A stretch of DNA of 64,000 bases from Albugo candida. Its lineage: Eukaryota. The translations under genes were made by a program, and so were the position numbers. The DNA is taken from NCBI GenBank assembly GCA_040437565.1, contig JBDOQK010000069.1, positions 1 to 64,000 on the forward strand. Reading direction: 5' to 3'. Shown here piece after piece: positions 52,501 to 64,000 of the stretch. A model generated the notes under the pieces. It was not told the DNA's origin and made no database searches. It saw only the letters and a list, made by a program, of their open reading frames with translations. Each line of letters starts with the position of its first letter. Within the stretch, counting starts at the first letter, position 1.

Positions 52501-55500
52501 TCTCAACAAAGCCACGAAAATACCTTATGACATTTTTGTTGGCTTCTGCGCTTTAATATAAGAGCAGAAATCTACGTTGCATATAAGTAAGGTGCACGTC
52601 CTACTTTACTAAGAGACACGAGAATTTGTCCGATCCACGTTCGGCAGCCTAAAGAGTAGCGAGGAACAATCATAGATTGTGAATTAGATAGGAAAAACGC
52701 AAGAAAGGAATCAATATAAGCAAAGCATATTTTAATACGTGCGCTTCTCAGTTTTTCCAGTGTTTTTGCTTCTGAATAGCACCAATGACTGACTATCACA
52801 TGTCCTCCTTGTTGTACGTTTAGTAAAATCCTACATCCTCGTCACAGCACGCTTTTCAATCACTTCCATGAACTACTGAGACCGTTCTTTCTTGCTTTCA
52901 TTTCATTATACTGCAAAAACAATGAGTCTCCTCTCTCTACCTTTATATACGACCATCAGCTTGCTAGAATACTCATGATCAAGAAATATACAGGATTTGC
53001 TACTCGTAATATCGATATAAGAGTTGTATCTTCTTGACTTAGACTTAAGCACGATCGTACAAAGAGATCAACATTAGAAAATCATCATATACACCTTACA
53101 TTCGGAAAGCGCATGACCGATTCTCGAAAGCATCGTGCAACTGGTGGTGTTCCCACCAGTAAAGAATTTACTTTTGCAATGGAATTGGTGGGGCAGGAGT
53201 ACAACTGCTAGAGTCGCTTGGATATTGCATTGGATGGAGCCGACTGCTTCAGGCGAATGAGACGATTGAGAATCCATACACGAAGGAGTTGTATCGCTTT
53301 TATTGCCTGAAAGGATATTACAATGATCTCGCATCGCTTTTGTGTCTTCCAGAGAAGTTGCTAGAAAGCCTCTCTTTCACGCTCCTTTAAACGTGAATAA
53401 CTTTTTATTGAATCGATTGTACCTAAATTTGAAACTTCTTTACGTTTTGATCCTTTTGTATTCTGTACGAACATTGATAAAGATCATGTCGTGACGTGAC
53501 TGTTCGTGCACTTTTTTAGCTATCTTGACAATGTATAGGCGCGTCGAATCAATTAATTTAGTCCTTACCTCTTACTAGGATGTCTTGGAACTTAAGAAAT
53601 ATTACGATGCCTTAACGCTTACACGGCACTGCAAATTCGAGCGCTATAATAGGCGAATGAAATGTCAAATGAAGATTGGGGAACATAGCAACCAAACGCT
53701 AAGAAGATTGACATATACATCTTTCTTTATATGAAAGGCGAGATATGCAAGTGTATCGCTGAATTCGCAGCACAGTGTCGAGAGTTCTGCGGAATGAATT
53801 GAAGCCGTAAGTATTGACAAACGAATCTTTCATCGTAAGACAGCAAGAGCAAAAATTTAGATAATTTGGCATACCAAACTCCCCATCGTTCGGTGATCAA
53901 CTGAAACATAAGAACAGCTTGGATCTCTTACAGTAGCAACCATCATTCGAAATCTTCTGTGAGAAATTCTAGAAATTTATCACGGATGGGTATATAGGTT
54001 TTATCGATAAAATTCTCCTTCTCGATTGAAAAGGGCAAGTGGTCTATCAATCCTCGAAATATTCGTTCCTGATCACATATGGGAAACATCCACACACAAG
54101 TCGATGGATTAAACGAGCGACCGCATTGCCGTCAGCGAATGCTATTAGACCATGCCGTTCAGCCTGGATTAGATATTGGCCGTCGTTAGAGTTGCTCGCC
54201 ATAAGAATTAAGACGAGTTTTGTTTGTAAACGCTTCAAGTAATTCGACTGCCAGTACAGAGACAAAAAAGGTAGGATGCATAAACATCCGAAGAAAAGAA
54301 CGAATGATTTGCTCTAATCAAATCTGCAGAGCTACCCAGAAAAAAAACACGGTACGGGATGGTACCATACTCATCCGTTCATGTGGAGACTTCCGATTGC
54401 TGGTCTCGTCCAGGTCACCCACTTTTGAATCAGCGGTCCTATGAATATCATGGAAAACCTTCGCTGAGAACCTTCTTTGTTCTCCTGATAAACAAAGAAT
54501 CCAAGTGTGATCCACTCAGGATTACATGCGAAGCGTCCAGCATAGTTATCATAACATCTTATGCAAGTATCGTCAGCTATGATACTTGAATTAAGCGCTG
54601 ATAACGCTTCTCAAATCAGTCAAATGAAAAGAGATGCCAACTGAGCGGTGTTATTCTACGTGTTTTGCTTGATATTTTGAATCACTTTCAGTTGACCACA
54701 GCAACGGAGCAATTTTCTCAAAGTCTTTCACGTCATACCAGTAAAGCTCTTTTGATTCTTACGACGAAGATGCTCATTCCTTCCAGGAACCTTTTTTAGG
54801 GAGTCGATCTCGAAATGAATTTATATGGTAACGAGCACTATCGTTTCATGTCCGTTCCAGCAATATAAATGCAAGTAAAGAAGAAATACTGCTTTAAAAA
54901 ATTCAATACGAGCTTACACCAGTAAGAATCAATTGATTGATTAAGCAGCAAGAAATTTGTCATCAAACACTAGTCGCTCACGGACGCGTGATACAAACGA
55001 GAAGAAATATCTCTGCAATGGTAATTTATGATTGATGTATGCAACGATCAAAGTTGCTTTGTGCTTTTTTGCCATTCTGTAAATTTGCGATATTTGCTCT
55101 TTCTACTCTAGGAGCTCTTCGCCGTTTTGTTTGGTAATCATTACCAGATCTTGACCAGGTGATACAGCGACAAATTGTCGAGCATGGAAGAGGGAAGGAG
55201 CGCCTGACGTTTATTTCCAAATAGGGTTGATAAAAGCGTATGATACTAACCAGAGATCTGAGCAAAAATACTAGTTTATGGAGACTATCTTGCTCGAGAA
55301 GAGATTCCGTTCTTCGTAAAGCCTTTTGTCTGACGCGTTCGCGAGCTTTTGTCGACGGCGTTTTTGCGACCTGTAAGATAATTGAATTGTAAAAAATCTA
55401 TTACTGCTACATTTTCTCGCAAAGAAATGGCGGTTTCCACCTTTCTAGTCTTGCAGAACGGCTAGCTAAAGTTTTTTATGTGTCCGGAATAGTTTGTCAA

Positions 55501-56290
55501 TAACAGCGAATTGTAGAGCGTACATAGGCTCTGAAATGAACAAATACCTTAACTAAGTCATTTACCACAGTGCTATCGTTTGACGAATGGCTAATCGAAA
55601 ATATGCAAGTTTTCTTTCCCCCTTCTTCTTATCGGCTCCAGTGAACAATGGTCAGATGAAAATGGTTCTTCGCTGTATTTCGCGCAGATAGTAGAAAGTA
55701 ATTATGGACCGCTTTTTTTGCTTTCTTGGCGATGCGGTAACTACATTAAGTGAGGCGCATACTAGACGAATTTCGTGACTTTGATTGGCTTATGTAAAAA
55801 GAGAGCAAAAACGAAAACAGACTATCTAAACAAAGTTTCCCCCCTGAGATTTCGAAGTATCTTGACGTAGTTTAGATTTGTCTTTTATCCTCGCTAGGAG
55901 TGTGATCTCAGCATTCACAATTTGGGTGAAAATTAGGATTGCGTCCATCCACGAAGGTGTGATTCTTTATTCATTATAGACATATGCTAATTGTAAGTTT
56001 CTGTCGCAACATTCTATTATATCTACTACCTTCAACCGAAACTAGAAAAGCATCAAAGCTACATATCTCATTCTACGAACAATCAGACTGAATAACATTT
56101 CTCACAGCGGTTCTGATAGTTATAAATGAATTGGCCCAGGATGTCTTAACCAGCATATCAATGACGCGACTGTTAGGTCCGATAGTCTTACCTGTAACAT
56201 CGACATATGATTTCTCTTTTGCATACAACCCTGCTGTCGAAAAAGTATACTCTGTCACATTTGCGAACACTTACAAGCTTTCCGGAACGC

Positions 56291-56323
56291 GTATACTTTA
56301 ACTGTATACTTTAACTGTATACT
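56291..56323. repeat. Short tandem repeat, 13-bp unit GTATACTTTAACT x2.5
   Basis: Read directly. Confidence 0.9.
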
Positions 56324-58199
56324 CCAAGGGATGAAATATCAGCCACAACACGGTACGACTACTCACCCACACTTCTGCTTCCGATGAAAAGTGTAGCGCG
56401 ATAGGTATGTTCAGCAATGAAAAACGTAGATTGCACTAGAGTACAAAAAAGGAATCAAGGTCCAGCATAATAGTCATTCTGTGGAGCTCACATCATGAGC
56501 AGCTAGTTTATCATACTGGAAAAGATTACTCCATTTTTTTAATTACTGCTACTGATATCTCTTGCAAATTTTCACAGATTTTCTTCCTCTGTCAATAAAA
56601 CAAATTTTCTTGTAATAATTCCTCAACTATGTATACCGTCCGGCAACAGAGTATCGGCGTGAATAGTGTAATGGCTTCACGCGCTTTGATACAAAATTCC
56701 ATATGATGCAGTTATTACGATACCATTGCAATGAAATTTATACGAAAAATCTAATTGGAATCGAAGATACGCTGTCCAAGAATCCCATTTTGGTCATTTC
56801 GTGTATTATCGGCCATCACCATATTCAGTGTCTTATTTTGTACCAATCGGTCCACCAGATCATACGATTGTTTCTATGATTTGCTGAAATGTCGCTGCAG
56901 CGCATAGCGGATTTCAAAGCAGAACAAACAAGCGGTATAAATCGTGAAGGCGCAAGTTCTGAATATCGACTTTGGTTCGAACTGCATCAGCAAGCGTGTG
57001 ATCGGTACCAATAATTGGACCACTTTCGATGGAATCTGAGTCCTTTTACTCGCTATATCAATCATCTCTGCTGTGACCGCCACACTCACGGAATCTCGAA
57101 GTTTCCTAAGTGCTTGTTCGGAAGGACTAGAAGTCGATTGAATTTGAGATGCTGCTAAATACTTCTTTAATGAAGTAATGAGTTCAGAGATAGTCATTTA
57201 TTGAGCGATTGAAGAAGAGCTTGGAGAAAGTCCGCGATCCAGTTTTGGAAATGACAACAGTATGTTGTCATCCAAGGTGCCTCTTCGGTGCAATGTGGTT
57301 GATAATGGTGACATGACTGTATTATGAACAGTATACAGGGATGGTTCATGGAGCTTTGCTTCCCATGGAGTCCAGCAATGTGATATGCGCGTTAAATATA
57401 TAACATTCACGGATGAGCTTTATACATATTTTAGTTACAATGGTATGGATAGGATTGCTAGTACTTTGCACTGATAATCTTATTATCACATGGTCTCTGT
57501 GGACTTTTGTTTACCAAACATTGCTGCAAAACGTACTGCTTTGATCCTTAACATCAGAGGGCTCAATATCTGCAAGCTCACAGAAAAGGTTCTTTTTAAT
57601 CCTTTTTCGAGCTTGAAGGAAAAGGTTCCTAAGACTCTCACACGTCACGACCCCATAATCGCGATTCATCTTTGCTTCATAGCCAGTCAAAACGTCATTT
57701 ACTATACATCCCATTGTTGTTGGCTTGTTGATATACAATCCTCTAGATTCCTTACATAGTATCTACTACGTGTACGACATCGCCATAGCATAACTTGATT
57801 CGACTAGACACATCTTTTGTCTGCAATAATTTAAACCAGCTTTTGTGATTTACATCTGCGATACACCCATGCATAAGTGACATTCCCCGCTCGTTTCTAT
57901 ATCCTTACTCAAAAGAATCAAGAATTTTCTCACAATCTTCTTCCACATGTCTTCTCAGCCTTCCGCGGAGCATCGGGATTGTGTTATCCTCCACAATAAC
58001 ATTGGATATTTGAGTTTAGTATTCCTCTTCCGCTTTTATTACTCTCTCAAATTCCCCATTGCTTCCCCCTTTTCCTTCTATTTTATTCTAACACAGCAAA
58101 AGTGTGTGATCTTTATTCCCTGAACGAGTATTAAACCTTCATTTCAAGTACATTGCTGATCGGCCTTTATATTTTCGAAAGAGCGATAAAGACGTTTCA

Positions 58200-58420
58200 T
58201 TTGTTGCTAAATTACGAGCGAGTACATTGCTTCTACTCTCCAACAATGAAATTCATTACCACCGAATACCGAATTGGATCATTCTTTCTCACACCTGTAT
58301 GTATTATTTACCGTGCCCAGCGAAGCAAAACCATAGTATTTTTCTTCTTGATTTCTCCAAAACTTCTGCTTCATCTCAACGTATAGCATTGACATGAATC
58401 TCGTCAATTTTTTCTCCTGT
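58200..58420 (-). mobile_element. Possible IS630/Tc1-mariner DDE transposase remnant
   Basis: The minus strand gives DE..F followed by YYGFASLG (~58311-58376, frameshifted), resembling the first-aspartate region DE(S/T)GF...YGWAP.G of IS630/Tc1. Confidence 0.3.
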
Positions 58421-60399
58421 AGGCTTGTAAGTTTTTTGTGGTCGACTTGTACGCTGGATGTGGTATATCATGGTACATTCAGTATGCCAGAGCCACCAAA
58501 AATCATTGCGAAAGTTTGTTTATGCAAAATCTCAATGTCGAACAAGACCAAAACTTTCCGAAATTGAGAAGTGAGTAGTGACGCCAAATGTAACACTTTT
58601 CTAGTTTTATTATCTTGAGAGCTCAAACAGTGAATAGGCCTAGGCAAAGGGCATTAAAAACACTTACGATGAAATGCGATGGGAGCATGGATTTTTTTAT
58701 TCTGACTTAATTGCTCAAATCAGCTGAAGGATAGAAACTAGATCGACATATGTCAGGAAGTGTTTATTCAGAACAGTAATCAAATCACCGCTATCAAAGA
58801 ATCTTGTCAGTATGGGTATTAAGAACACTCGCACTGTTTTGCTGCATGAGTTTTGCTTATTTTTCACCAGTTGATGAGTGTGACGTGCTAAATACTCGGG
58901 GTTCGTGACTATGAAGGTTTCACGTTACCTGTCCCTATACCAGCAACTTTGATCTCAATGGATAGAAACAATTATTGCTTTTTGCCGTTGTTCCAGCTAT
59001 CGTACAATACGTCCAATTTTTGTTATATCACCATTTACGAGCAATCGCATGGAAGATGCTCTCCCGAACGATCATGGTACAATGATATCAAACGTTATAG
59101 TAATAATGCATTCAGCTTCATGTCAACACAGTATAATATGAATTCAAGAATACTTCGGCCTACCCATTGTGTATCGATTATATTGATATGGCAGAAATCG
59201 TTCTGATGTCATTTAGGTGATCGGTGTAGCCTTTTCTTAGATGCGATTATTATTATATCTAATACTGCGACATATAATGATTAGAGTCAAGCAGCTTTCC
59301 AGCGAAAGCTATAAATAGGTCCACCGGTTTGACAAAATTTTGCGAGGCTGTGTAGTCGTTGTTTTTACAGACTGCAATCGTTATACATACTACATCGCGC
59401 TTGTGAATTGAATGTAGGCCGAGCTTGGAGTTCACCCATGTAGTATAAAATTACATACTTTCCGAGAGTTTAATAAGATTGTAATATTGTAATATTATGA
59501 TATCATATTGAGAACAAAAACATATTATCCTGCTACCTCTTTTTATCAAAAGAGATCAGATGTTTATGATATGACGGGTTGCACACTTGGAAGATTCTAA
59601 CTCGTTGAATAAAAATGAGTAGAAGTGATAACTTCCTCAAATAGGCTAAAACCGAAGGAGCGATATAATTGCAAACTTATCTCATACTTAAGTGACAATC
59701 TAATTTATTTCCATCTCGAAACTAACCTTATATCTTGGACAGATGTACGCTGCGCTGTCACATACAATGTTGTGCTAGCAAAAACAACGCATGTAAATAG
59801 AAATGACTTTTGTAGACAAACAAGGTGCCCAACTTTGTGATATCAAGTAGCAAGAAACTCGTTTATGATACATTTACGGGGCGGAAATTTCTCTTCGCCT
59901 CCTCAACATCTCTAAGTTACAAGCACTATTACTCCATCGCCCAAGCATGAAAAAATGAGAAGTTGCACATGCACAAGTACAGGATTTGTTGATTAAAGTA
60001 TTCCAGTATCTTTTTTTTCCAATTTGGATGATAGCTGTGAAAGGACCATTGAATCCAAGTCTGTCACAATTTTTTGATGTGTTGCTTCCATGACCTGATA
60101 CAATGATGATTAGCTTTTTAAACACCTATTGCCATAGGAGAAAAACAGCTTATTTGGGAACAATTTAAAATCTTTATAGTATACACATCAGGACCGTGAA
60201 CCTTTTAAGTATGTGATGATTTTTTATATCATGTGGTAGTGGCTAGATCAGCAGAGTACCTCTTATGAAAGATAGTGCGACTAGGATATGTTTGATTCTG
60301 CTGGTTTCTTATGTATAAACAGACTCCTCGAGCAAGCCAAGACAGAGCTTTTGTCGCGATAATTGCGGAAATGATAGAACCAGCACTATCGAAAAAATA

Positions 60400-63300
60400 A
60401 AAAATTAGTAAATGAAAACTTATCACATATCGTCGAAAAGGAACAGTACGAGATCGTGGTAGGTAGAGATGGAGGAAGTAGAAGCGGTTGAAAACCCGGT
60501 GCAAGGAAACCACATCCAAATTACCCGCGTGAAAACATAAAGGCCAAAAGCGGTGGCCACATTGAAAAAGCCGCACACATTTTTAGATAACGTCACACGA
60601 GTTGAAAAAGTGGAGCGACCAACCAAGCTGGTTAGGCTGGAGAGATCATGAAAGTTGATTCCGAATATGGTATACACACAATTCGACCGGACAAGATGAT
60701 CCAAGCTGACGCACTGATTGAAAATGTCCGCAGGCTAGCTCAGCTCGCATAAATCTGGGCAAACTAGTACGAGCAGCACTTTATTGGCACTTTATTATCC
60801 GACCGCCATCAGTCTTGTCCTATTAGCGTGTATGGAGTCAAATGATAAAAGGTTGGACGAATTGGTGCATTTGCTGATGATCAAGCGAGTATTTGCTGCA
60901 CGTGATCTCAGCGAAGACGTACGGTTTCTGCGGGATGGGGCGACGTGTTGGTGAGAAAGTTCCATCGAGACGTGACTTGATGTTCAAGAAAATTGCCATA
61001 TGGTGGAGGTAGGTGCCGGAGATAGTTGTCAGTTTGAAAATAGAAGCATGTGCTCTAGCGTTAATATGGATTAGTCCTGACGTGTACTTCCCCCACCCTT
61101 TGAACCACTGAAAGAGCAGTGATTTGAATTCCGGGATATCATTGTTGCTTATTGCCCACCAATATGTTACTGTCATTGAGCATTCAGAGGTGGGCATTTG
61201 GTATCGGTCCCATGGATTGAAGTTGGCGCTCTCGGGTACATCGATGAGCTATCCGGAAAGACTTACTTTTCTTCGACAGCAATTCACCTCTATGCAAGAT
61301 GCACTGGTCGAGTTTAGCAATAACGTTAAGGGCTCCTCGATTACGTCAGCCTGGAACAATTTTAGCACTCACGGTAAATGTTAATGGTATTCATGAAAAT
61401 GTTTTGCTTTTTATCGACCACACCCTATCAAAGCATTCGATTAGCTGTTTTGAAGAAATCAAATTTCGCGATCACAACCAACTGAAATCGTTTCAGTTTT
61501 TAAATCATTCAAAAATGCAGCATGAAAATATTCATCAATGATCAAAAAAATTTCGTTTCTACTTCTAACTAAAATACGCAGTGGCGATGTGATGTGATGA
61601 TATTCCTCCGTTCGGATATTCCTGATTATACAGCAGCTACATAAATCAATGAACGAAGAACTCGAAATTTCTACTTGGTTTTGTGTCTTCTTATGCACGA
61701 TGCACCGGTGCGGTCCGAGGAACGAGTGGGTTTCTTTGAGTTATTGCTGCTCAGAACAATTTAGTCGGCAGCGACACATTCATAGTATTTGGCGATCAAG
61801 CACACCACTTGATCCAGTTGTCGATGCTTAAAGTTGAACGCTTCGAAACGAACCCAGTCGGTTAGCGTGTTTAGAATGGCTTTCGTAGTTGCGTGTGGTA
61901 GAGGCTTAGCGAATCCAACATCCTACTGATAGAGTATTTACAGGGCCATTACCTCACAAAAAGCAATGAATCACATCTGTATGTCAGAAGAGCTACCATA
62001 TCTTTTATACAAAGACGATAGATGTTTTCGATCATGACATGCGAGAGATCATCTGGCACAAAAAATAACTTTTGCAAAGATAACTCAATCTTCGGAGCGA
62101 GGATATTTGAAATGTTCACTACAACTATTACAATATTCTCAAGTTGTCAGAGCAATCAGATTAGAAACGATTTCGGTGCTCAAAAGTGCCAACAACTTCG
62201 AATCCGAAAAAATGGGGAAAATTTGGAAGACGAAAAGCAAGAAACAGTTTAAAGGAATTCACACGATAGTCGACCCGATGTTGAGTGTGACCAGCGTGTT
62301 TTGCAATCACCAACAGCTCGATACCGCAAGCAAGACACCATGCAGTCATAACATTTTTTCGAACGATTCAGTAGTTCAGTCGAAAACAATGCCGAATACA
62401 GCTACGATGAAAGCTTCCTTCATCACGGTAAGCATATGGAGAACTCTTCCAAGCATTTTTTTTCACCCTCCGGAGAGTATTGGCGTCGTGTGCCGATCAA
62501 AAATGTCACCATAAAATGTGGCACTGTGTCATCGCATCGAACCCGAGAGAAATCATTGACGTTTTAGGAATCAATAGGGGGTGTCATGGGTCTCTCTGTA
62601 GCTCCGAGCCCGAATCAGTCGATCCATGTGAAAAAAGATCAAATGTACTGGATCCGATTCAAGTTTCCTTCACGGCAGAAGAGCAAGACCGTCTCTGTAC
62701 TCTCTTAAGTACGACCGATATTGCGGAAGCGATCGAGCGAAGTAGTTCCTCTCCAGGTATCGATGGACTGCCGGCTTCATTCTTTAGGCTTCATCCGGAC
62801 CTGTTTTGCGCGTGTCTAGAGATCGTGTTCGAATACTTGCTGCGACAATAATGTCCCTCGGGAATCGCATTGTTGTACAAAAAAGATCACGAGGTCATCC
62901 TGGCAACTATCGATTCATCCCATTTTTCTGCATCGATGTGAAAGTACTTACAAAAAGTTTGGCGCATAGATTGCAACGTTTTTTGCCGACATTGATCCAT
63001 CAAGACCCGAAATCACATGTGCTAGGAAGGTGGATGCATCAACATATTGGACATCTCACCGACACACAAGACTTGCTCACGCATCGTGTGGAAGATGCTT
63101 GTGCGACTTTTCTCGACTTCGGAAAAGCTTACGATCGAGTCAATTGAACGTACACGTTTCGCGTTGTGAAAAATGGGGTTGGGAATGTTTCATCGACTGG
63201 TTCGGCTTCTGTACAACAACACAAAGCCGCAGTTGATAATCAATGGCAATATCACACCACGCATTACCCACAACGTGGAGTTAACAAGGCAATTCCCTCT

Positions 63301-64000
63301 CAGCATTTTTTTCCTGATGACGATCGAATCTATGGGAAATCTACTTTGCCAACATGAAGCACATGGCGTTTTGAATCAATGGCACGACTGTCGGTAAAAC
63401 GTTTCTTCCAGAAACACCAAATGTTGTTTTGACGCGACTAGAACTTGTCCAAGCCTGCTGAGATGGATCAGGTACAAAACTTAACTTGAGCAAATCATCC
63501 TTGCTCACGTTCAATCGTACCATGCCGTTTCCTACTCTTTGAAATCTGACCATTATGGGTCCGGAGGGTTCGTTCAAGTATATGGGTATATGCTTCGACC
63601 AGAGACCGACTCATTCGATGGTCATCTCTACCATCGAAAAGCGATTCTATGCCACGTTTGGTGTATGTTTTTTTCCTGCGTAAACCGTCCGTGGTCGTCA
63701 GATAGTCTTCGACTAAGTGGAAGACTATTTGATATGAAAGTATATAGCAAGGACAGGAAGCATTTCTTCCCTCTATTCTACACAGAAGACTCAAACAAGA
63801 GTCGTCCAATGGTGGCACATTGGTCATCACGGGAGAGACGGGACGCACTGGATACAGAATGTGCTCGAAATCTACGGACTAAACCACGGCATCTCTCTAA
63901 ACGTGTCTTACCGATATTGTATCGACAGTTTTGTTAAGCAATTTGGATGTTGGCATTTTTCTCTCCTTTTTTTGGTTTTAGAAGGATATTCAGTTCGACA
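60400..64000 (+). mobile_element. Degenerate APE-RT LINE (family B): ORF1 tail and ORF2, running off the window end
   Basis: LTVNVNGI..FEEIKF (61370-61465), VEA*RIQHPTDRVFTGP (~61900), SSPGIDGLPASFF (~62750), PGNYRFI..DVKVLTKSLAHRLQRFLPTLIHQD (~62900-63005), FLDFGKAYDRV (~63110). The 5' boundary is approximate. Confidence 0.9.

Noticed and set aside
10000-60000. Numerous 60-160-aa ORFs in the supplied track
   Set aside because: They are consistent with chance ORFs or shadows of decayed elements in AT-rich DNA. None has a recognisable domain beyond those listed.
59874-60125. MLGRWSNSA resembling a tyrosine-recombinase C-terminal motif
   Set aside because: No HxxR motif or catalytic Tyr is present, and the match is too short.

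Overview
Left end of a eukaryotic chromosome. The window opens with five copies of the (CCCTAAA)n = TTTAGGG telomere repeat. That repeat, the ~50-bp GT-AG introns, a p25-alpha gene and the transposon types together suggest a flagellated oomycete (inference, not proven). The telomere joins directly onto the 3' end of a non-LTR retrotransposon (LINE) ORF2. This is followed head-to-tail by a second, near full-length LINE (repeat-rich 5' UTR, long open ORF1, decayed APE-endonuclease/RT ORF2), with both 5' ends facing the telomere. Next come a truncated MULE transposase joined to a motor-less kinesin-4 (KIF4-like) remnant, an intact 249-aa orphan ORF and a 255-bp-arm fold-back beside an assembly gap. 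A five-exon p25-alpha/TPPP-domain gene at 21 kb is not visible in the ORF track. A 134-bp tandem duplication at 34 kb has copies that differ by an intron-like insert. Two inverted, decayed copies of a second LINE family lie at 43-46.6 kb and 60-64 kb. The rest is AT-rich, gene-poor subtelomeric DNA with weak Copia, Tc1/IS630 and ankyrin remnants and three 100-N gaps. All calls come from reading and hand-translating the sequence; no database searches were run.
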